This document shows positions 63,675-64,000 of a stretch of DNA of 64,000 nucleotides, in pieces. The stretch comes from Anaerolineales bacterium (GTDB taxonomy: Bacteria; Chloroflexota; Anaerolineae; Anaerolineales; RBG-16-64-43), in assembly GCA_050012135.1 (NCBI GenBank), contig JBEKHT010000004.1, positions 13,249 to 77,248 of the forward strand, written 5' to 3'. The position numbers and the translations under genes are program-made. The notes beneath the pieces are model-generated. The model worked only from the letters and a program-made list of their open reading frames with translations. It was not told the DNA's origin and did no database searches. Numbering within the stretch: position 1 is the first letter of the stretch; the number at the start of each line of letters is the position of its first letter.

Positions 63675-63908
63675 ATGGCTCAACCCACGATCAACTATGC
63701 TCCCGAGACCTGCGCATGGTGTGGGGGGACGGGGCGATTTGGTGAGGGCAACTTCAAGTGCCCGACCTGCGATGGCAGAGGAAGCGTGCTCGTGGCGCAA
63801 CCGCCACGCAAGTGCGCCTGGTGCGAAGGCACCGGTCAGGTCGGCGAGTATAGGGATCGCTGCCCGACCTGCAATGGCTCGGGATGGGTGCACGTGATGA
63901 AAACCTAG
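63675..63908 (+). CDS. stand-alone DnaJ-type zinc-finger protein (4x CxxCxGxG)
   Basis: 77 aa behind AGGAGG. The four motifs are CAWCGGTG, CPTCDGRG, CAWCEGTG and CPTCNGSG. Confidence 0.65.
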   Translation: MAQPTINYAPETCAWCGGTGRFGEGNFKCPTCDGRGSVLVAQPPRKCAWCEGTGQVGEYRDRCPTCNGSGWVHVMKT

Positions 63909-64000
63909 ACAACTTGGCCTTGCCGGTCCCAGGTGGATGGGGTGAAACCGTGTTGCGCTTGGTCTGAACCGGGAAGCGAGGCACTCTGTCAATTCCCGCG

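Overview
GC-rich bacterial chromosomal segment. The gene order suggests a Chloroflexota-like lineage, but that is a guess from synteny only. About 85% is conserved housekeeping DNA. (1) 1-8.7 kb, minus strand: a ThyX-like gene cut by the window edge, then ribF-truB-nrnA-rbfA-infB-ylxR-nusA, with no rimP. (2) 9.2-19.9 kb: scpA-mutL, a coiled-coil ORF, coaD-recG, two DegV genes, yloV and asp23, with rpmB divergent. (3) 20.1-24.7 kb: three tandem paralogous LysM + M23 peptidase lipoproteins. (4) RNase P RNA at about 25.1-25.6 kb. (5) 25.7-43.8 kb: a dcw cluster (mraZ-rsmH-ftsL-like-ftsI-murF-mraY-orf108-murD-ftsW-murG-cvpA-like-murC-murB-ddl-ftsQ-ftsA-ftsZ). It has a GTGGG direct-repeat array (MraZ-box-like) at its promoter, lacks murE, and carries two inserted small genes. 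(6) 44.1-48.4 kb: a NarL-type two-component pair, then a tandemly duplicated DoxX-like membrane protein gene with an IS1182-like transposase fragment at the junction. (7) 48.6-55.5 kb: a cell-envelope operon (PpiC-type lipoprotein, PT-rich membrane protein, two FemAB-family genes, a DcyD/ACC-deaminase-family PLP enzyme) and a TPR protein. (8) 55.5-64 kb is the accessory part. It starts with tRNA-Ser, tRNA-Ser and tRNA-Arg(GCG). A 5.9-kb island is integrated into the tRNA-Arg gene, bounded by a perfect 49-bp direct repeat. The island carries a tyrosine recombinase whose catalytic Tyr reads Ser, three uncharacterised genes, a frameshifted IS5-family element, and a wHTH-GHKL ATPase-STAS-like fusion protein behind a near-consensus promoter. 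Downstream lie a degraded IS30-like relic and a stand-alone 4x CxxCxGxG zinc-finger mini-protein. The island cargo is the best candidate for an undescribed system. All functional calls rest on motifs recognised by eye in the translations; no searches were run. No CRISPR array or rRNA was seen.
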